Source: Candidatus Altimarinus sp. (GTDB taxonomy: Bacteria; Patescibacteriota; Gracilibacteria; BD1-5; UBA6164). Taken from it: 64,000 nt of DNA. The notes below the pieces were generated by a model, which was not told the DNA's origin, ran no database searches, and saw only the letters and a program-made list of their open reading frames with translations. The position numbers and the translations under genes are program-made. Every line of letters begins with the position of its first letter. Within the stretch, counting starts at the first letter, position 1. This document shows positions 47,669 to 60,580 of this stretch, piece after piece. The stretch covers positions 1,103-65,102 of the forward strand of contig DYHI01000003.1 of NCBI GenBank assembly GCA_020724225.1. The letters run 5' to 3'.

Positions 47669-48400
47669 AATTATATTTATTTAATTTATAAATTACATAA
47701 ATTATCATCCCAATAGAAACTATTTGAATAGTATTTAATCCTATCCATAAGTGACTATAAGGCATAATAAATCAAGCTAAAAATCTGTATAAAAATACAC
47801 AAGACAAAAAATAAAAAATCAATTTTTTATCCAGTATTCTTTTTTATATTTCAATCATATAATTAATAATACTCAAATAAATAATAACACAAGTATTTCA
47901 TAAATTTGAGTTGGATGTCTAAATATTCCATCTCAATAATCATATCACCAAAATAGACTTGTTTCAATTCAGTGAGTATTATCTCTTAGTCATATATTAA
48001 AAGCTCAAATTCTTCATACTATAATTCAAACTATTAAGCTAGGAACAAAAACTACTCAAGTATTAAATTTTAAATTATATATTTTTTTAACTATTTCAGA
48101 AGCTATTACTCAACCTGCAATTGCTCATGCAATTGTTTTTGATAAAACAATTCAATCTCAAAAGTTTTCTTGAAAATATCCTGAAACATAATTATCAAAA
48201 GTTGAAACTAATATTGCAAAAAATATAGCTAAACCAAGTATTCATAAATAATAAAAAAGTTTTTGTTCAAAATTTGAAAAAATATTTGAATTTATATTGT
48301 GTTTAAAATAATATTTATAGCTTAAATATCAAGCTATTCATCCAGATAAATAACCTAAAAAATCACCTAATATTTTTATTTTATAATAATCAAAATCCAT
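47658..48400 (-). pseudogene. lgt: Prolipoprotein diacylglyceryl transferase (Lgt-like) with an apparent 1-nt frameshift
   Basis: VGRIGAFN and RHPTQIYE lie in the start frame, which hits TAG at 47777-47779. The Lgt-like C-terminus YRFLAGFIMPY...IQIVSIGMI continues in another frame to TAA 47658-47660. The break is at a T5/A5 run (47791-47795). Total length is 743 nt, not a multiple of 3. Confidence 0.7.
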
Positions 48401-48416
48401 AAAACATAATTTATTA

Positions 48417-51400
48417 TTAAACAACCTCAACACTACCCCCATCCTTCACAAATTTTTCTACAATTTCAACTATTTTATCATAGTCTCTTTTATTTAATTC
48501 TGATTTATAATTTGCTTTTATATAATCAAATGTTGTTTTTAATTCTCACTTCTCAAAAGTTGTTTTTCAAGATTGCTCTATAACTATTTTTCACATTTTT
48601 ACTAAATTTTTTGCTCTAATTTTTATATTTTTTCAATCATTGAATTTAAAAATTATTGCAGTTTTTTCTCATAAATCTATCTTTTCCAAATCGGTATTTA
48701 TAGTAGATGATTGAGATTTTTCAGGATTAACTATTGTAGAAGTTTCTTCACTCGCAAAATCATCGCTCAATTTTAAATTATTTTTTTTATATAAACTTGA
48801 TATATAAATCATTATTGATCATACAAACATAAAAGCTACAATTCTTACAATTGCATTATCCGTTATATTCCAGATATCATACAATCACATTTTAACCAAT
48901 GTAATAATAAGTAAATATAATCAAGCTGATCTGATATTTTTATTTAAATTAAATATTCAAATATGAACCGCAATCAAAGATAAAATTCACCAATAAATTG
49001 TTAATGAAAAATAATCATTTGTAAAATTAAATAAATAGATTGAAGAAATAATGAAAAAATAAATTCCTGAAATTATATTCATATATTTATACTTAATTTC
49101 AAAAAATCTTGATTGAAGATAAACAATAGATAATGATAAAATAGTAAAAATATAATTTAAATTATAATTATCAAAGAAATTAGTTGAAATTATGTGCACC
49201 AACAACAATCATACTAATAAAGCTTGAGAAAAATATGATAGAATTTTATCTTTAAATAAATCGTAAATAACTCAGATAAAAGTTGTAAAAAATAAAGTGA
49301 AAATCAAGAAATTTCAATAATCTTTAAAATCAAATATTGTAACGAGATTTACAAAAACTATAAAAATTCAAAAAATATGTAAAACTTTTGTAAATATTGC
49401 ATCTTTTGAAGGCAATTTTATATTTAAAAACAATAATATTGAAATAATTCAAATAGAAACTAAATCAGAATAATTTAAAGATATTCAATTCAGACTTGCA
49501 TCCATGTATTTTACAAGTCAGATTATAAAAAGAATAATTCAAGCCAAATAAATTTTTTCTTTATTTAATTTATTTGCAAAATAAAATAATATAGTTGATT
49601 CAAATAACCAAATTATAGAAATTACAAGTGGTAATTTAGAAAAAACTAAAGCAACTGAAATAGAGAATAAAGAAACAGCTATAGCTAAAAATGCATACAG
49701 TAAATTTAGGTTTGAATCATTTTTTATTTCTTCTTTATCCAACCTAGAAAAAATCAAAAATCATCAAATGAAATATAAAATAGCAAGTCATAAAAATGCA
49801 ATACCTAAACTTACTCCTGGAAAATATTCATTTCAAAATCTAAATAAATTTCATCATACAAAAAGCACTCAAAGTATAATTCAAAAGATCAAATTTGTTG
49901 AATCATTTTTTATAAGATTTTTATTTACAAAAGGAAGTAAATAATTTGAAATTCAAAAAAGTGTAATTCAAATAATTGATAAAAATGAAAATTCTCATTT
50001 TACTTCAATTATTGATAACAATAAAACAATAGTTGAAAATGTTCATAATGTATATAAATAGCTCAAATCTTTTTTCGTAGACAAAAAATATGTAGTAAAA
50101 AAGTATATAAATGATGTAATAAAAATAGTTAAAAAACTTGCTTTATCTATTCAAAAATCTATATTTAAATGTAGATTTGCAAGAAATAAAAATACTCCCA
50201 AAATAACAAAAAATATATATTTAAAAATCGATGAAACTATACTTCAAATTCAAAATGCAAATACTAGTAAATATGCAAGTAAAAAAAGTGGAATCAAAAT
50301 TATTCAAGTTCAAGAAGCTCATAAAAACAAGAAGAAAAGTACAAATAATAATGGTAAAAATATTAAATTTAATAGTCAAACTCAAATAGATGTAATTATA
50401 AAGAATGAATTAATTATTAATAATCAAAGAGTAGCAATTATAAACATTATCATTACTCATAAACCTGTAAGAGCATAACCTGAAAACATTATAAATGCTA
50501 AAAATATATATGTGATAATAAATGATAACATTATATTTTTTACCTGCTTATTTTTATAAAGTAGGAAAATTGATGCAAAATTAATTACATTAAATCAAAT
50601 CATTTTTGATACAAAATATGAAGAATCGTTTCAAAAAGGTGCTATCAAAAAAAGTATATTTCATCAAATAAGAGTTGTATAAAATAATTGAATCGAAGTT
50701 AAATTATCTCATACTTTGTAAAAATAATTACTTAAAAATAATCATCAAATACTCAAAATCAAACTATATCAAACAAGCAAAAATGGAGTATTATAATTTT
50801 CTCAAATTATAAATGGAATTATATATGAAAATATAATAGAAAATAAAAGTAGATTTTTTGAACTGTAAACAAATGATGTAACTACAGAAAAAATAGTATT
50901 TAATATAAGTAAAATAAATGTAAGATAACTATCTAAAAATCAATTTCAAATAATAAATTTTCAACTTAAAATAACTATATAATTTATCAAGATTCAAGTT
51001 CAAATAAGTATAGTTCATTCTGTATCATATCATTTATTATGAACAAATACTCATACAAAATAAACTGTAAATCAAATTACAAATCATATAAGTATTTTTG
51101 CTACTGGTCAGACATAAGTATAAACTAAACTCATCAAAAATATAACTCAAAGTGCAAGTAAAATTCATCCTATTTTTGCCATAAGATTTTCAGCAAAAAA
51201 ATCAGATAAAAATTTTGCAATTTTTGAAGGTTCTTCAAGTTTTTCTTCCCTTATTTCATTTATTGAATCATTTTTATTTTCTATTTTATCAATATTTCCT
51301 TGAAGTAATATATTATTGTTTTTTTCTTTTTCCAATCTAGTATAATAATCTTCATCATAAAAATCATCATCTATTTTTTTTACTCATACTATTTCTGATT

Positions 51401-51695
51401 TTGTTTCATTTAAAACTGATTCTAAAATTTCTTTTTTTTCATTTTCTTTAATTATATTTTCACTTATTTTTTTTGGAATTTTTACTCATGATAATTTGAG
51501 TTTTTCAATTATTTCATTTGATATATTTTCTTTGAATTTAGATAAACTATTTTCTATAAAAGTTTTATTAAATAAAACTTTTATTATAACAAATACTATT
51601 AATCAGAATAAAAATAAATCATCATCAACTAAAAAAATAATTAAAAAAGCCAAAATAGCTAAAATCCAAGATATACGATTAAAAATAGAATACAT
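48417..51695 (-). CDS. Very large polytopic membrane protein (DUF2339-like, ~1092 aa)
   Basis: N-terminal TM helix, charged coiled region, then ...FFAENLMAKIGGILLALGVIFLMSL and dozens of hydrophobic helices. The start, the stop and track ORFs 48987-49208 and 49539-49757 share one frame. The interior was not fully checked. Confidence 0.65.
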
Positions 51696-51717
51696 AAAAG
51701 AAAAAATTAAATAATAA

Positions 51718-53397
51718 TTATTTAGAAACTTTGTTAATTTTTCATAGCATCATAAAAATTCACCCTAAAAATAATAAAACTATAAATACTATCAATCATA
51801 TAAAAAATCATTTATTTGATTCTATAAATCTATCATCTTTTTCATCACAAATATCTCAGATAGAGTCATTATCAATATCTTTTTGATCTGGATTATAATC
51901 ATACGGACAATTATCTTTTCAATTAATTATATTATCTCTATCTGTATCTTCACAAACATTTCCTATACCATTATTATCACTGTCTTTTTGATCATTATTT
52001 GCATCATTAATACAATTATCAAGATATCAAATAATTCAATCTTTATCACTATCTTCACACATATCTCAAACTCAATTTTTATCTAAATCTAACTGATCAA
52101 AATTCTTTATATTTATGCAATTATCACAGACATCTCAAACTAAATCTCTATCATTATCTTTTTGATCTGGATTATATACATTTACACAATTATCTTGACT
52201 ATCAATTACAGAGTCTTTATCTCTATCATTATCTATTTTATATCTTTCAGTTTCTTCACATACATCTCAAATACCATTATCATTTTTATCTAATTGGTTT
52301 GGATTATATAATTTACAATTATCACAAGCATTTCAAATACCATCCCTATCATCATCTAATTGATCTGGATTATATATATTTATACAATTATCTTGACTAT
52401 CAAAAATAGCATCTCCATCTTTATCAAACTCACAAACATCTCAGATTCAATTGTTATTTATATCTTTTTGATCTCTATTTGATATATATGGACAATTATC
52501 ATTTTTTCAAACTAATCAATCTTTATCATCATCATCACAAAGATCTCAGATTCAATTTGTATTTGTATCTAACTGATTTGGATTATAGTCATTTTTACAG
52601 TTATCATCACTATCAGTAACTCAATCTAAATCCACATCATTTCATATATCAACTTGATAATCTATATTTTTTATTAAATTAACAGAAAAAATATCTAAAC
52701 TAGAATTAAATACATAAGATTTAACCGATTTAAAATTTTTTGATTGGTAATCTCTCAAATCATCATAATCTTTTCAATTTGAACAAAAAAAGTTTGAAAA
52801 TAATTTTATTTTTCAGTTTGTGTCAGATTTAACTAAATAAATATAATTATTTTTTTTGAAGTCTAATTCTCTGATTTTAATATTTTCAATAATCCTATCT
52901 CTATTATAAGAAAAAAAACTTAACTTTAAATATCTAAAAGAAAATGTATCTAAATTATATAAAGAAACTTTTTTATAACTTATATTATCATCTGAAATAA
53001 ATATATTATAAGTATAATTTATAGAATCAATAAGTATTTTAGGTGAAATTCAAGGTCAAACACTTTTTCAAAAATCAAGTATCAAATCATTACTATTTTC
53101 TCAAAGTGTTTTTGTAAAATATGTATCATACTTTCAATCTTTTAAATACAATAACTCGTTTTGTTTAATATCAACTAAATAATCCAATTTATCCACTGAA
53201 CTTTTATAAAGTTTAAGATAAATATCATTATTTTCAGTTTTGGCATAATCTATATTTCTATCAATATTCAATAAAAAAATCTTATTTTGAGGAACTTCCA
53301 AAGTTCATAAATACTCAAAACAAGACTCATTAAGTGCAAAAGTTGAAAAATAAAAAAATGTAAAAAATATACTTAAAAATAAACGAAATGATTTCAT
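51718..53397 (-). CDS. Secreted thrombospondin type-3 (Ca-binding) repeat protein with a C-terminal TM anchor
   Basis: Signal-like MKSFRLFLSIFFTFFYFSTFA. About 10 repeats of D.D.DG..D..DNC....N..Q.D. C-terminal FFIGLIVFIVLLFLGGIFMML. 559 aa. Confidence 0.8.
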
Positions 53398-53490
53398 GAA
53401 AATTAATTTTATAAAATAATTTAAAATATTTTATTTTTTTCTTTTAAAAAAGCCAAGTAAATTATATTTTTTCACTTGACTAAATTATGT

Positions 53491-54093
53491 CTACTTTTTT
53501 AAATATTCAGGAATTTCATAATTTTCAAATTCAGTTAATAATTTTCTTCCATAAATAGTTCTAGATACAACCTCTGCAGCACATTTTGCTCACATAAGTG
53601 CATTGTGTGGATTTGGTTCTCATCATGGAACTCAAACAAAACTTAGAGATTCATCTAGATTAATTTTATACTTACCTTTTTCTATCAAAATCTTTTTTCA
53701 AAGTTCAAGATGTTTTGTAAAAACTATTGTATGTGTATCCAAACTTCTATGTCAAAGTGAATATTCAAGTCATGCTTTTTTGTAACTTTCAACCAAAAAA
53801 TCTATATCACTTTTTGGATTTTGTCATATTAATATCTGAGGATAAGAACATGTTTTTAACCAAGCATCAAATTTTTTTATAAGTTGTTCTAAACTAAGTT
53901 TATTTGGGTCTTTTATTTCCTGAACTGAAAATCAATTTATTTTCAATGCTTCTTCTTCCCAAGTTGCTCACTCCCATATCCTACACTCAGCATAAAATTG
54001 ATTAGTAGGATTATAAAAATCAACTGCTCCTAAACTGACAAGTGAATGTTTTTTATGATCAAGTCAAGTAAATTCTCAATCAATTGAAATCAT
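53491..54093 (-). CDS. DEDD-family 3'-5' exonuclease (DnaQ/RNase T-like)
   Basis: MISIDGEFTGLD (DxE), ...SDIDFL..., ...PHNALMGAKCAAEV. 200 aa. Confidence 0.65.
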
Positions 54094-54099
54094 TTTAAA

Positions 54100-54134
54100 A
54101 GTATTAAGTATTAAGTACTAAGTATTAAGATAAT
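54100..54134. repeat. Five tandem heptamers (AGTATTA-like) immediately 5' of the exonuclease ATG
   Basis: agtatta agtatta agtacta agtatta agataat. The same unit occurs at 18922-18956. Confidence 0.9.
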
Positions 54135-54157
54135 TGAAAAAGGGAAAAATGCAAAAA

Positions 54158-54190
54158 ATAAAAACTTACATTTGTAAGCTTTTATTTTTA
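54158..54190 (-). terminator. Hairpin terminator
   Basis: The minus strand reads aaaagcttacaaatgtaagttttt followed by a T run. Confidence 0.65.
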
Positions 54191-54373
54191 ATCGTTCCAA
54201 AAAGTTTCTTTTTCTTTCAATGTTGGATCTAAAATTACTTCTACTCAGTCTCTTACTCTATTTATCTCTGATTCAGACACAGATAACTCTCAAGAATAAC
54301 TCCTTAACTCCCAAGGTTTTAAAGATTTTGAAAAACTTTTTCAAGGAAAACTATTTGAATTTCATAAATTCAT
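54188..54373 (-). CDS. Hypothetical small protein (61 aa)
   Basis: MNLGNSNSFPGKSFSKSLKPWELRSYSGELSVSESEINRVRDG... Confidence 0.45.
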
Positions 54374-54400
54374 AGTTGAAAAATTAAAAAATAAATAATA

Positions 54401-54910
54401 TTAATTAAAAGAAATAAATTCTGGTATATGATTTGTCATATATCATGATATTATTGTTACTATTGTTTTTAACTCGCTTGGAGTTAATTTATTTGTTCTT
54501 AAATATGTAAATCTATTTTCATATTCAAGAAGATATACTAATATATGGTTATATCATGATTTTAAAAATTTCTCTACTTCTAAATCATCTACTTTATATA
54601 TTTCTGGCAATCAAAGGATTTTTCATACTTCATTTAGTGACTTTAATCTAACATCATTATTTGCTTTATCTAAATTTCATAATAAAAATCTAATCCTTTT
54701 TATATCCTCTAAATCAAGTACTCACTCTGGTAAATCAAGTAAATTTCAAACTTGTATCTTTGAATCATCTACTCTACTTATGGTATGTGGTGAAGTTAAT
54801 CAACTTGTTCATTCATATCAAAATTCTGGTACATCTCTTAACCATCATTTACTATCACTTGGAATATTTTTTTCCACACTTGATCCCCATCAACCTTCTG
54901 GTACTGGCAT
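54401..54910 (-). CDS. Hypothetical protein (169 aa)
   Basis: MPVPEGGWGSSVEKNIPSDSKGWLRDVPEFGYEGTSG... The frame checks out from ATG 54910 to TAA 54401. Confidence 0.5.
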
Positions 54911-54927
54911 AATTTTATTGATTAAAA

Positions 54928-54962
54928 AAATAAACTCATCATAATTTAACGAGTTTATTTAA
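54928..54962 (-). terminator. Terminator after the RND gene
   Basis: The minus strand reads aaataaactc-N13-gagtttattt followed by ttttttaat. Confidence 0.6.
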
Positions 54963-54986
54963 TATGTCAATAAGATTTTTAAATTT

Positions 54987-57900
54987 CTATTTCACATACC
55001 TTTTATAATAAAAAGTATAATAAATTGATGGAATTATAAAAAGAGTCATAAATGATCAGGCTACTAGTCAAAATACGATTGTAAATCAAAGTCCAGCCCA
55101 AAACTCATCTTGCAGTGCAAGAGGAAGTATTCATATAACTGTTGTAAGTGTAGTTACTATAATTGGCTGAAGTCTATTTTTTCAAGCCATAAGTATACTT
55201 TCAAGCAAATCATTTTCAGATAACTGAGTCTCTCAATGTTCCATAAATCTAGATATATTATTATTTATTGTACTGATAAGTATTATAGCATCATTTACAA
55301 CAACTCAAGTCAATGCTATAAATCAAATAGCAAATGGCATACTATAAGGATTTCATGTAACAAATAATCAAATATTTACTCAAAGTAAAGCTAAAACTAC
55401 AGTATACAAAATCATCAATGATTGAGAGTAAGACCCAAATTGCAAAACTAAAATAGCAAAAATCAAAAACACTGCAATTACAAATGATTTAACAGTTGAC
55501 ATAATCAAATCTGCATTTTCTGCATTTTCTCATCACTCTATATATGAAACTCAATCTGGAAAATTGTATTTTGATGCAAATGAAACAAGTTTTGGTTGAA
55601 TTGAAGTTGGTAAATATCAAGTTTCTAAATCTGAATTTACAGAAATAGTTATGTTTCAATCTTCTCTATTTATAGATGATAAAGCAGGTTCAAAAATATA
55701 TGTAGCTACATCTCAAACTCTTATTTTTCAAACTCTAGTATTTATAAGTAAATTTGATATATCAACAGGAGAAAGTGATTTATCAAAATCAGAAATTTTT
55801 AAAATTATATCATTATCATACTCTCATTTTATCGTTCAAGATTTTATTCAATTAGTATAAAAATAAACTTCTCAAAGTATATCATTTGGGGTTAATCATA
55901 GAAAGCTTAACTTTTCTTTATCAAATCTAAATATAAACTGCCCTGGATTATCACTTGAAGACATTCAAACATTTTTTGTTCAAGGAATAGTTTTTAAATA
56001 ATTTTCAAATTCCTTAGCAACATCTCTTAATATTCATATTTTTTTATTGTCATCAACTATCAACTTTATTCATACTGGACTTGTTGTTGGTGGTCATCAT
56101 TTAAGAGCTTCAACAGAAACTTTTAAACCTATTGATTCAAAATATTTCAAATCTTTTGTTATCATTTTTTCTATTTCAAATACAGATTTTTTTCAATCTC
56201 TTTGCCTTTCTTTTGCATCAGTCAATTCTATAGATAAATTTATTTTATTTCATGATATACTTGTATAAAAAACTTTCATCTCCTCATATTTACTCAAAAA
56301 CTCATCTATTTTTGATAAATGTCATTTTAATGAGTCTTTATCAGTTCAAGTTTTTGCTTCTATAGTAATATCTATTGCTCATTCATCAGTTGTTGGAAAT
56401 AAAGTAAATCCAATTTTTGGAGATAAAAAAATAAAAGTAAGTATAAGTAGAATCGTAGGTAAAAATATAGAAATTATTCTTAATTTTTTATGTACCATAT
56501 ACCACTTCAATGTATTATAATACCATTTTCTAAGTTTTGATAGTAAAGATAAACGGATTCATTCTGTTTCTAAATTTACTTCTTTCTTTCAAAGTCTCTC
56601 AAAAATCAGTAATTCTTTTTCTTCATCACTAAGTCTTTTTTCATAGTCTTCATCTATATGAAATATACGAGATCTTTTAGCTAATTTTGTAAAAAATGGT
56701 GATGATAATGTAAGAGATAAAATCAATGCTGCAAGTAATACACAAAAAACAGTTATTGGAATATAAGCTAAAAATTTTCAAATCAATCAAGGAAGAAAAA
56801 TCATAGGTATAAAAGCCACTAATGTAGTTGCTGTTCAAGATATAAGTGGAGATTTTAAATCTCTGATAGCTAAAAGTACAGCTGATTCCCTACCATATCA
56901 AAGTTTTTGTCTTTCATCAGCTCATTCTATAATTACAATTATAGTATCAATTGCAATTCAAAGACTTAATACCAAAGAAAAATTTGTCAAAAAATTCATT
57001 GAAAGTCAAAGCATATCAATAACCATAAATGTTATTAGAAAAGCTAGTGGCAAAAGAATTGAAGTAATTATTGATTCTCTTATTCAAACAAAAAAAGTAA
57101 TTATCAAAAAAACTAATACTAGTGTAGTCAATCAACTTTTTCATAAATCTTTATAATCTTGTTTAATTATCTCTGATAAATCATTTGAATATTTTATTTT
57201 TAATCACTCAAATTCTGGATTTCACTTTAGTAAATTTTCAAGTAATTCTTTTGCATCTTTTGAAACCTTAAAAATACTATCTCAAGCTTTCTTATTAAAT
57301 GATAAAGATACATAGTTATATCAAGAATCTTTGTAAAATCATAAATTATTTATACTTTTTCATGGAAATTCTTTTTTAAATTCAGCAATATCTTTAAGTA
57401 ATAATTTTGAGTATCAATTATCTTTTATTATAACATTTTCTAATTCTTCCAATTTACTAAACTCACCTTCAAATCTGAAATCATAATTTAAGTCTCAAAT
57501 AGTATAATTTCAAATTGGCATATTTTTATTGTATGCTTTTATTTTTGAGGATATTTCATTTATACTAAGTCCAAGTAATTCCATTTTTTCTTTTGAAATA
57601 AGTACTTTTATTTCATAATTATTTTCACTTGAACTTCAAATTCACATTCTTCTATCTATACTAGATCATATATCTATAGATACAATTCATTTTTTTCATG
57701 CTAATTGTTTTTCTATTTTTTGAGCTAGTGTATTTATAGTAAAATCATCAAACTTATTTTTATCTCAATATATAAGTGCTTGAAACATTAACTCATTCAT
57801 TGTACTTATTTCCTTTACTATTGGATCTAGTGCATCGTCAGGTAAATCAAGACTATCAATAGCATCTTTTATATCTACCAAAGCTATTCTCGTATCTACT

Positions 57901-58208
57901 CAGTTAAATAATTCTACTGTAGTTTGAGATATTCATACACCTGAAACTTGTGTTACTTTTTTGATTCAGTCAATATCTTTTATGGCATTATCAACTTTTT
58001 CTGAAATAAGATTGTCTATATCTGTTGGACTAACTCATGTATATGGAACTGAAATAAGAATCATTCAAAATTTTATATCTGGACTTGATTCTTTCGGAAT
58101 AGTATAAGCTGAAAATATTCAAGTAAACAAAAGCAAGAAAAAAACCAAAAAAGATAATTTATAGTTTCTTGTCCAAAATCAAAAAAATCATTTTTTTAAA
58201 TCTAGCAT
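54987..58208 (-). CDS. RND-family efflux transporter permease (AcrB-like)
   Basis: 1073 aa. N-terminal TM plus large loop ...PDIKFGMILISVPYTGVSPTDID... C-terminal ...FMTLFIIPSIYYTFYYKRYVK. The ATG is 6 nt after the adaptor stop. Confidence 0.8.
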
Positions 58209-58214
58209 ATTTTA

Positions 58215-60140
58215 TTATTGTTTTATCTTTAAATTAAATTTATTTGCATCAAAATTTGTTATATCTGTAAGTATTACATTTGTATTATCATAGATAATTC
58301 AAGTTCAAGTAATTACTTCAACAAAATTTCAATATACATTTCATAATTTTATATTAACAGTATCAATATCATTTCAGTTTTTCAAAATTTTTATATTTCA
58401 TGCATTATTTGATCAAATTTCAACTGCATTTATAGGTAATAATGGATACTTCGTTGATATATCAATAAATAAATCTACAATTCATCAAATCAAATTAATA
58501 TTTTCATCAAATATAACATTTGCTTTATAATTTAGATTTGTATCTGCTACAGAAGAAATAGAATAAATTTTTCAAATAAAAGTTTTTTCTCAAATACTCA
58601 TTTTTACTTCAGTTCAAACTTCTACATATTGCAATTCTTTATCTTTAAAAGATATTTCAACTTCTGAGTTGTTTGTTCAAATCATAGTTAAAAGTAGAGT
58701 TCAATTATTTACATCAACTCATAAATCTATATTTATATCAGAAATCACTCATGATACAGGGGCTTTTATAGACAATTTACTGTACTCCTTTCTAGCCGAT
58801 TCTAGAGCTATTTCAGATTCCCTAATAATATTTTCTAGTCACATAAGTGTTAAATTTCTTGACTCAATAGAATTTGATAAATTATTTTCTATCTGTTTCA
58901 ACTGAAGTTCTAAACTATTTAATGTATCATTTGTAGAAATTTTAATTTTATCAAGATTATTCTTTGTTTGTGTAGATGATAAATCATAGTTTTTAAGCAA
59001 TATATCTTTTTCTTTATTCAAGATTTCCAATTGTTTTGATAAAGATGATTCATTATTTTTGTATGTATTCAAAAATGTATTTACAGAATTTTTAAAAGAA
59101 ACAAAAATAGAATTATTTGAAGAATAAAGAGATTGATAAGTGTTAATTGTAGTTGCATATGCATCAATTTGTGATTGAGATAATTGTCATATACTTATTA
59201 CAGAATTTTGAATAGTTTTTTCTAACTCATCTAAGTAAATAGATATTTTTTCATATCAATTATTAACTATTTCTATTGAATCTTTTATAGACTGATCATC
59301 AGAAAATACTAAATCAATTTTTTCTATATTATTTGTTTTATATGAAACTAGATCATTCAATAAAGTTTTTGAATTTGATTTTTGCATAAGATCTTTTGCT
59401 CATAAAAAATCCTTAAAAATCTTAACACTATCCTCATATTTTCAAGTTATATCAAAAAGTTTATCACCAAAAACAACTAAATCTTCTATAAATATTTTTT
59501 GATTATTAACTTCCTTAACTAAACTTTTTTTAAAAGTATTTATATTTTCTAGATTAGACTTCTTCATATTATCTAAATCTAGCTCAAATTTAGAAATAGA
59601 ATTATTTAGTTTATCTAGTTCCAAAGATGACTTAGTATCTATTTGACTATAATCTAGGTTAGATAAACTATCCTCAACCTGAATAATATCAATTGAAGAA
59701 TTAAGTCTTGCTGTCTCCAAACTTGATTTAATTTTTTCTAATGCTATTTCATTATCAAAAATCTGTTTATCCAAAGAGAGTTTTGTTGAATCATAATTGA
59801 TTTTTGCTTTTTCAAGTCAATTAATAGCTCTATCAAGGTTTATAGAATAATTTGCAATATTGTCAGATAAAACAATTAATGTTTGTCATTCTATAACCTT
59901 TTGTCATTCTTTTACATATATTTTTGAAACTCTTCAATTTGCTTGAGATGTTAATTTAATATCTTGACTTCACTCAAGTTTTCCTACTTTTTTTATTGTT
60001 GTTTTATTTTCAAAAGTTTGAAAAGGTAAAGCACTTATAAAAAAATCAGTTTTTCAATTTTTTTCTACAATTTCTTCAGTTTTCCCACAAGAAGATAGTA
60101 TTAGCAATAAAATTAAAGTTATTGAAATTATTTTTTTCAT
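58215..60140 (-). CDS. Efflux adaptor (membrane-fusion) lipoprotein with an unusually long coiled-coil hairpin
   Basis: LILSSCG lipobox, lipoyl-like ...GRVSKIYVKEGQKVIEGQTLIVL and ...IKAPVSGVISDINIDLG flanking ~330 aa of coiled coil. 641 aa. Track ORFs 58839-59072 and 59442-59774 are in frame. Confidence 0.8.
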
Positions 60141-60168
60141 AGATTAGAGGTTATAGATTAGAATTAAC
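60141..60168. repeat. Tandem heptamers (14-nt unit x2) directly 5' of the adaptor ATG
   Basis: agattag aggttat agattag aattaac. Confidence 0.8.
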
Positions 60169-60186
60169 TTTACAGAAAATATATTT

Positions 60187-60231
60187 AGCATTGAATACAA
60201 TAATTATTAACTATTCATTACTCATTATTCA
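60187..60231. repeat. Conserved ~45-nt intergenic block (copy 2), overlapping the abrB-like stop
   Basis: agcattgaatacaataattattaactattcattactcattattca. Compare 18965-19009. Confidence 0.75.
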
Positions 60232-60433
60232 TTTTTATATATTCCATAAGTTCACTTATATCTTGATTTCTTACAAGTCCTATAAATTTATCATTTTTGA
60301 GAAGTATAGTCATACTATCCCCAGGATTTAATCATAATTTATCTCTTATGTCTTTTGGTATTACTATCTGTCCTTTAGGTCAAATAGTTGTAGTCCCATA
60401 TAATTTCATTTCTGACACATCACAATTTTTCAT
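60218..60433 (-). CDS. AbrB/MazE/SpoVT-family DNA-binding protein
   Basis: ...TTTIGPKGQIVIPKDIRDKLGLNPGDSMTILL... looped-hinge-helix signature. 71 aa. Confidence 0.7.
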
Positions 60434-60580
60434 TCTTGTATAATTAGTTAGAAAAGTAAGAAAAGTTATACTTGGAGTATATATCTATTTTATTATTTTT
60501 CAAAAGTTTGCAAAATTATCTATTGACTTTTATGGTTTTATTTTTATATTATATATATTATTCATAATAAAATATTTGAT

